Shown here piece by piece: positions 55,323 to 64,000 of a stretch of 64,000 bases of DNA. Position 1 is the first letter of the stretch, and every line of letters begins with the position of its first letter. The stretch is from Chrysomallon squamiferum (lineage: Eukaryota; Animalia; Mollusca). A program made the position numbers and the translations under genes. The stretch lies in contig CM022673.1 in NCBI GenBank assembly GCA_012295275.1, positions 14,260,001 to 14,324,000 of the forward strand, given 5' to 3'. The notes under the pieces were generated by a model that was given only the letters and a program-made list of their open reading frames with translations, ran no database searches and was not told the DNA's origin.

Positions 55323-56851
55323 GTAGTTTTTTTTATAATGTTTCCCATACTGCACGTTGTAGTGAAGAATGGGCACAGCTTGCTTGAACATGGTAAAGGA
55401 CATATCATGTTAAAAAAGGTTATTTCAATGAAATAAAATACTGTCGTTTAAATTTAACAAATGCGAAATTTAAATAATGATTCGAATTAGTACTCAAAGA
55501 ATCAACTGTAATAATAATAATAATAATATAAGGTCGAAGATACTACTACTACTACTATTACTACTCCTACTACCGCTACTACTAGTACTACTATACTAGA
55601 TCTACTGCTACTACAATATATACTACTGTTGCTGCTACTACTACCACTCTACAGCTATTACTATTATTGCTACTACTTCAGCTACTACTAAAACTACAAC
55701 TAGTACCACATCTACTACTTTTACTACTAACAACAACAACAACAGCAATAATAATTGGAAAAAAGTTACAACTAAATTACGTTGTATTTTTCTGTTGTTC
55801 TTACTTGAAAAGTGGATTTATGGACAGACTGACAAAGTTACGTTCTTCTTTTCACGTGTATTAATAGATGATAAATTAATGAACCATATAATTAGTATTT
55901 TGGGTAAATATTTCATTTTATCTTTCTCTTCCTTCCTTTCATTTATTTTTTATTGTATTGTATTTTTCCAATGTTTTATTTATTTTTTTATTTTTTAAAT
56001 TTTTTTTTTGGGGGGTCCCTCCCCCCCCCCAGTTCAGTTATTTCTTCTCTGTTTTTTTTGTTTGAAATATCGGAAACCTGCAAATTTGGCCCATTAATCA
56101 CATACTGCGGTAACCTGCATAATGAGGACTATTGTTATATGATCGGGTTGAAACGGAAAATCGATTACGTGGACAGGGTTGCACGCGCCAGATCGATTGT
56201 GTAACAATAAACAACTGGCACGAATTAATTCGTCAACAAAATGTCTTTGTTCTCCCTCACCTCACCCAACTGCAAACAGCCGAGCACAACGAGCGGCGAG
56301 ATAAATAATTGTTTGATCTATTTCCCAATCCAACCAGCAGCTCGCAGATATTTATTTACATGTAGTATCCTGTCAGTGAGTTAAATATATAAACAGTCAC
56401 ATACACACACATGCACACGCACAGAATATGTATTTCTAATTATACAAGACTAGACATACTCTAAGAGTATGTGTTTAGGCATGTATATGTATTGTTTTTG
56501 TAACAATGAGAGAAAAACTAAAAGAGAAATAAACTAGTTTTTGTGATTACGACCTGGCGACTTTAGTTCTTTCTTTTCAAAGCAGAATAACACTATAAAA
56601 AAGAAAAATTTAAATAAAATAAAACAAGCAAATAAATAGATAAATAAATAAATAGAAAACACATCATTTTCAGAAAGAAATGTTAATTACTGAAAATGAA
56701 CACAATTATAAAATCATATCTTTTTAATATTAATGATGTTCACCTGATACATGGTGTTTGCTTCCCTTAGATATTCATGTAATGTACTATTTGTAAACAA
56801 CCACAGCAATAATAATATGTCAAAAATTACATTACGATTATTTATTATTTC

Positions 56852-56908
<57 letters not shown>

Positions 56909-57526
56909 TTATTTATTTATCTATTTATTTTTATTATTTCAATAACGACAACGACAATAATTATGTTTAACAAAATAGATAAAAAAAATAATTTGACCTC
57001 TGTCACTCTAATAACAGCTTACTAAATCATGAATAAAATTTGTGTTTATTTTATCAGTGTATAGTTAGTTAACCGAGCTGTTTGATATTCGATATACACA
57101 CCAGTGACAACCACACATTTATAAATAAAGCAGTGATCCGAAAAAGGGATTATATCGTGATTAGGTTCCACAAGCTTATTCTTTTAAGCGCCGCCATAGT
57201 TTTTATTATAATAAGTACTTTATTCGGTACTAACGGTGAAGTAGTTTGGGTGCGCACACAATGCTGTCGGGCCTGTTTCCAAATGAAACAAATTATGGTT
57301 TGCTTTAAAGGTAAAGTAATATATATTGATATCACGTACATCGTAGACCTGTACCCTGTGCAGAAGTTAAATAGTTTGTAAATCTGCATATATAAATATG
57401 GTAACCATTAGCTACGTTTATGTAGATTTTTAAACTAAATAGATCTGAAGTGGATGAATATTTTTGTATGTTCATATAGCAAATATGTCTGATTTGTTAA
57501 CTTTGTGATTTGAATGAATATGTATA

Positions 57527-57564
<38 letters not shown>

Positions 57565-59024
57565 TTGTTTGGTTGTATGCTATGTGTGCATAAATATACA
57601 TATGTACAAATGTACGTATGTGTGTTTATGTACAACTTATGTATGCATATGTATTGTATATATATATATGTACATATGAATGTTTGTGTGTTTATGTATG
57701 TATATGTTTTTGTGTATTTATGTATGTAAATATGTACGCTTTTATAGTGCTACTTTTCTTTTTTCTTATTTAAATATGTTTAAATATCTAGACATTTACG
57801 TTGTGAACATAATATAACGTAATCATATTGGAGTGTTTATTAACTCTGTGTGTGATTGTGATTTTTTTTTCCCCGTTCTGCGGTATAAATATATCAACTA
57901 ATGTTACAATATCTCCTCTAACGTCAGTATAATCAACTTTTAGATAACCCTAACAAATCCGCTACAAAGGTGGGTCACACTCGAGTGTATGGGTTCATTG
58001 TCGTTAACACCGATATTAGATAGGTCCTTCTCATGTCAACGTCGATTATAGAGGTAAAATGAGTGGAACACCGAGGTGCACGGCAAATAGAAAATGCAGA
58101 TAACAGGTGTTGTGTTTCTAATGTGTGGCATGATCATCAGTTGTCTAATATTGACTTTCCCACTGCAGTGTTAAAACATTTTAAAAATTAAAATAAATAT
58201 AAATTTAATGAAACAATAATTAAGTTTGACAACAAACAAACAATAAAAAACAAAGCAAGCAAGTAAATAATAAAAAGAAAAGAAAAAGATAAACAAATAA
58301 ATACGCAAGCAAACAAACAAACAAACAATAAATAAATAAATAAAACCCATTTTCAGCTGCTGTTTTTATGTCCATACATAAATATATAGATATATGCTCA
58401 TGCGAATTTAACAATGCAGTCATATGAGACTTCTATGATTGTTTTTAAGCTTGTGAATTATTATATGTGTTTCCTCTCGTAACTTAATAAAATAATAAAT
58501 AGCAAATGTCTGGAAAAAAAAAAAACGAATCAATGAGCTCTAGCGGTGTTGTTTTTAAACAACCGTGGTTTTTTTTATTTTACTGTACACACGCAATCCG
58601 CTAATTGACATAACAAGTTTCTTTGTGGTTCTTGTATTGATTCCAGTCTGGGCGGGTGCAACATGAACGTAATCACAGAAGAAACTCGACTTCAATTCAT
58701 CGCCAACAATCAATTTACGTCTGCAATAGAAGTACAAAAAAAAACAAAAAAAAGAAATGTAAAATAAAAAAAAGTAATTTCCATATTTCAGCTAATATAA
58801 AACGACCGGACACAATCAGAGATTATTCATTTTATTCCACTTCATTAACTTGTAGGTATCTTTATGATTATTTCTTTATTTTTTTCTTTATTTATTATTT
58901 TCATTTTTTTTTTTTTATGATTATAATTATTTTTTATATTTTTTATTGATTCTTTGTTTCTTGATTGATTGGTTAATGTGCCTATCTGAGTATATAATAT
59001 CAGTAATTTTTATTAATAATTTAT

Positions 59025-59055
<31 letters not shown>

Positions 59056-59435
59056 ATTGTGTGTGTGTGTTTTAACGGTTTTTTCTTTTCCGTTTATTCC
59101 TCTGTTTTCTAGAAAAGAGATTAATCTGTATTTAATATATCACCGTCATAAAACAAAATCTAAAATAAAATAAAATCAGAATTTTTTATTATTTTTTAGG
59201 AAACACAGAACAGAAGGACGCTGACTGTTTATTCTGTTGTGCAGGAAAAACGTGAAATCCAACAACTCCTAAACGTACTGATTTGTGAAGTCAAAATAAT
59301 TTCTGACTCTAAGATAATACTCGGGTCAAAACCCGTTTCTGAAACAAAAATATACCTAATTCTCGAAACATCCCATCAGATTAAATACATTTTGTTTCCA
59401 GAAGTAGTTTAATCTCTGAATACTGAAAGTCAGCC

Positions 59436-60943
59436 ATGCCAAAAGCTACCGGACTTCAGTTCTTCAGAAAGCGACAGAATCTAGACTGTCTGGCGCTGGA
59501 GAGACCTCAGAATCTCACAGCTGTTTACGATATCGTCAATGACAGCATCCAGGGGATCGAGATGAGGCTGCAGATGCTGATAACGTCGTTCTACGGATCG
59601 GGTAAGACGATAGACGACGAGGTGAAGAAGTATCTGCCGTCTATCGAGGCTGTCATCAAACCTGCGCGATATTCCAGCCTCGTGTCTCGATCCCAGATCG
59701 AGGACATCTCGGCGAGACACAACGACTCGACAGACAAACTACGTGTCGATGTTCAGTGTTTCGCCGTCTTGCAGGACTGCGTCAACAAAACCATGACGAC
59801 ACTGCGACTCGGCTTTGCTGACATGATCAACGTGGTCGACAAATTGTTGATCTACATGCACAAATACCTGCTGAGCTTCAGCAACGTTGAAGGCGATGAG
59901 TACCTGGAGACAGCCACCAACTACGAGAAGCAGCGACGTGAACTGGAAGCGGCGATCAAAGCGAGCACCAAACACATCACGCACATGGCTGACAGCTTTG
60001 ACGGAGATGGTTTGACTATCGACATGATGGATTTTGACGCCAAACAGATAGCTGAGCGGTGTGATTGCCTCCATGTTTCTCTGCTAGTAGCCTTCCCGGC
60101 AGCCATTAACAGCATGCGCACTGCATGCAAAGGATTGTCAGCGTGGCTAGAAGCGGACGAGACGTACACGACGTACTTGCAGTATGATATTGATAATCTA
60201 GAGAAGAAACGCGAAATCCAGGCGAAGAAAACGCGAGATCTTCAGCTCAAAGCCTGTAACGTGGAGTACAGACTGAAGTCTGTGAAAAAGGATTACGAAG
60301 AGTACAACGAGGCGTTGTCGCGCCTGGAACAGAAGGAACATACTCTGGTTAACGACGAAAGTCTTCTGCAGGTGGTGCACCACGACGTCGCGTTTGATTT
60401 GGAAATTAAAGAGTTTAGAATGGCCGAAATGAGACGTCAGGCTCACAAAAATAACTCGAGAGAATTCAAAGAGTCGTACGAACGTCTAGTCAGTGAGATC
60501 AACGTTCTCAAAGAGAAGAAACCCGCCATTGACCGCAAACTGGAGGACATCAGGAAGAAGACGAGTTGGATCAAGGAGAAAAGAGAGAAAGGAGAGGAGA
60601 AACTCAGACAGATGGAGTCTCTGAAAACTGAACTGAAAAACTACAAGAAAGCAGCCTGGAAGGCCGAGGTGGAGTTAAACAGACAGGACACGTGTCTGTC
60701 CAGACTGAAAGATATCCACAGAATGAAGTCGTGTCCTGAAATTCTCAAAAAAATCTTCCACAATCTTCCGTTTACACCTCGTCCTTCTCACACACGAAAG
60801 AAAACAGGTAAACATTTTAATCTTTCTCATCCTTCGTCTTTCCTTCCTTGTTTTTACAATTACATAAACATGTCATCATCACCACCTTCATTACGAACAC
60901 AACTCTAAAAGAAACAACACTGAAATTATTGAATATATGTGTC

Positions 60944-61013
<70 letters not shown>

Positions 61014-61612
61014 TTATAGATTCCGTAGTTGTTAGTTTTAAGATAGTATCCAAAGTTTGTCATCTTCTATTACTTAAACAAATAGTGGTACTTAGTGTGT
61101 GTTAGTGTCCTACTGAAAGTGAATAATTATAAAAAGATTCATCACAACTAATCAGATATAACAGACGAGTTTCTTGTCTGTTTATGAAAGATTGTACGAA
61201 CAAGAAAAGTTAATGCACAATAAGAGTTGATTTTAAACAGAGATTAACTTGCTGTTTTATTACAGATTTACTACAGCGAGCTCTTCGACTCATTGCCAAT
61301 CATATAGACGGTGACTGGATAAAACTGTACCGAGAACTTCCCTTCTATCCACCACGGGGACAGGAAACCGTCAACATGGACATCGACGACATCGCCAGCA
61401 CATACATGCGACACACATCGGAGGAGCAGGCAAAACAGTGTTTGGCGCGGTGGAGACGCATGCACACACGTGCAACACTGGACGACATTCGCACAGCGCT
61501 GTTGTCCATCCACAGGAAGGATCTAGTAGAACGTCTGGAGGAACACCTCCCCGTAACAGAAAGTTTCAGATGGAACCGAAGCAGTTCAGAACGGTTCACT
61601 TTCCAAAACTGA
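59436..61612 (+). CDS. Uncharacterised coiled-coil protein with a C-terminal death domain, ~572 aa, 2 coding exons
   Basis: Exon 59436-60807 (ACAG/gtaaac) joins 61266-61612 in phase 1. Long E/K/L-rich heptad region. The last exon reads DLLQRALRLIANHIDGDWIKLYRELPF..IDDI..EQAKQCLARWRR..ATLDDIRTALLSIHRKDLVERL, a death-domain pattern (W-x-x-L, L-x-x-W, AT-x-x-x-I-x-x-AL, R-x-DLV). Confidence 0.88.
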
Positions 61613-61827
61613 CTGCTTAATAACTAGTGCTAAATGTCGGAACTAAGTTAAAAGTGATTTAGTGAGTTCACTTTAGTTTTCTCTCTTGATAAATATCAAA
61701 ATTCTTTTCTGTCTTTGAAATACGTATTCAGATCATTCACTGTTAGAATATTAAACTTAAATTTTAAAATTTTGCCGTGTAGCTTTTAATAAAATGTAAT
61801 ATAAAAACAGAGATTCCTTTCCAATTT

Positions 61828-62412
61828 ATTACGTCGTAAGTGACGTCAAAATATCACTGTACTCATGACGTCATATTATAATTACGTCTATGACAGGATG
61901 TATTTTCATTGTTTGTGCTAGTGACGTCATTTGATCAGTTTACCCATGATGTCATACGTACTGTCGCTACTTCAATGACTTATATTTGTATATGTGACTT
62001 CGTATTATCACAACTGTTATGTGTGACTGCATTTATCAGTGCTTGTATAGTTTTGTGTCATCTTTTTATACGTGAGTACATATTATCGTTATAATTGTGC
62101 GTGACGTCATATTATCATTAAGCGTGTTTTTATTATCATTATATTTATGCATGAATTCATTGCGCTTACGCGTGATTTCATATTATCATTACGTTCATAC
62201 GTGATTTCATATTATCGTTATGTCATGCGTGAGCTCATATCATTTTAATTAAACTTATTTTCTCTATGTGCGACTATATGTATATCACTGTCATTTATAC
62301 TGGTGTTTGTATAAACCATTATTTATATGCATGTGTTCATGACATCATGTATTCATTATATATATATGCATGTTTTTATGTTATTGTTTATTTGACGTCA
62401 TATTATCATTAA
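61828..62412. repeat. Degenerate tandem repeat rich in TGACGTCA palindromes
   Basis: Perfect TGACGTCA at 61841, 61866, 61922, 62102 and 62393, plus variants (tgatgtca, tgatttca, tgagctca, tgacatca), often followed by tattatc. Confidence 0.7.
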
Positions 62413-63014
62413 ATATGTTTCGTCGAAATATTGATACTTACTAGTTTTTAATCAAATGTTTGTTTTAATCAATAATACTCGCTAACGTTTAATAATTCAG
62501 AGATCGGTTATATCGGTATATCAGGTCTCTGCTTTTAGTTTTGTTCAGTTTTAAACAATTTAATTTATAAAAATGACTGATAGAAGCTATATTTACTGTA
62601 TTTTATTTATTATTATTACTATTATTATTATTATTATTATTATTATTATGTCTAATCTTTGCTTATTCTCCACGTTAACCGCACTCGTGCACGTCAAATC
62701 TTTTAATTATTACTTCCAACGTATTTTGAATTGTTCGTCAGTATCATGCCATTGTTGTATTTGTTATTTTCCCAAACTTAGCGACTAATGACGAGTTAAT
62801 CTCGGTGTCAGACGACGATCATTTCTCACAATGAAAGATTTCATCTTGTCACTGTTCTGACCTTCACGTCCAGACTGAAGTAAGTAAGTGTGGTTAACAA
62901 CAGGCATTGTTCCTTTACTGGAGTGTTCAAACACAGCTGTCGTCGTCATAACTGCAGCTATGCAGACAGTCTTGTATATATATATAGAGGAATTATTACT
63001 GTACGATATTTATC

Positions 63015-63285
63015 GATAGATAGGAGTCATTTTAGTACGATATTTATTAGTGTATTTATCTCAGTGTTAAAACTCAATTACGTCTATCTGGTTATAACTA
63101 CAACTATGCAGACAAATTTGTAGTAGATAGGAGACTATGTAGTACGACATATATCAATGTTTAACTCAGTATTAAAACTGAACTACGTCTGCCGTGGTAA
63201 TAACTACAACAACGATGACATCTTTGTAGCTGATAAGAGTCATTATAGCACGATATCTATTAAAGTATTAACTCAGTATAAGAAA
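63015..63285. repeat. ~107-bp tandem repeat, about 2.5 copies
   Basis: Recurring gatagga(g)tcat..gtacgatat..ctcagt(g/a)ttaaaact..tacgtct..ataactacaac..tttgtag. Confidence 0.7.
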
Positions 63286-64000
63286 TTTGTTGTTTTGACG
63301 GAATAACAACAAAATCATCTCCATATTCTACCCAACACCGCCTCTTTAAACGTTAACTATTAACAGGTGTCAATCAGCATACAAAATCCGTTACCACCCG
63401 CAGCGCCGCACATACCATTGTGTTTGGTAAACTTATAAATAATTCCAGCTAAGACGGATAGATCCTTTGACTTAAGGTTTTGATTATTAAATTACCGACA
63501 CGTTGTAACAGGTCGTAACACGCAGGGTAATAAACTTTAATGTAGGAGATAAAAAAAAAGCTTTACACCGGTTTATTATGATTACCATATTAAACACACG
63601 GCTGTGTAACAAGGGTTGATTTGTAATAAAGCAGACACGACAAAACACGTGACATGTATAATCTATATTTAATGTCAGCTGGATTTAGTGAAAACATTAA
63701 ATGAAGATCTTACTGTATAAATAAGAACAAATTTAATGTATTGTTTAAGTCTGAAGACGAGACTGGTTTTTGCAAGGATTTTTTTTTTTAATGGCTGTCT
63801 GTTCTTAAATATTTCAGTATTTACAGGTTTGTTTGTACCTCACAGCGAAGTGGTGATATGAAACCCTGCCCTGTCTCAGTTTTCTATATGACAACAACAC
63901 TAATTCTATTCCATGAAGTTATATAATATTCTAAAGTCAACACGCGACAGTGTCTACACATAATTATTAATTCCAGACACGTTTTACTATACAGTACGCT

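Overview
AT-rich, microsatellite-dense, intron-rich animal genomic DNA; a mollusc-like invertebrate is my inference. I reconstructed exons by hand from splice sites and reading frame. Plus-strand genes: the 3' 24 exons of an Epac2/RAPGEF4 orthologue with an AT-AC U12 intron (1600-19199), a Reeler-domain protein with signal peptide and hydrophobic tail (27441-29609), a complete NFX1 CDS (36146-50506), a 2-exon carotenoid oxygenase (53219-55322) and a coiled-coil plus death-domain protein (59436-61612). The best novel candidate is a minus-strand gene missing from the ORF track (23737-24526, 5' end unresolved). It encodes two homologous six-cysteine modules separated by a furin-type RSSRLRR site and lies head-to-head with the Reeler gene. 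Also notable: intronic minisatellites built from copies of real splice junctions (including a duplicated U12 donor), a possible R3H-less NFX1 isoform, two long hairpins upstream of the NFX1 ATG, and decayed hAT and Tigger elements. No database searches were run; family assignments rest on recognised motifs.
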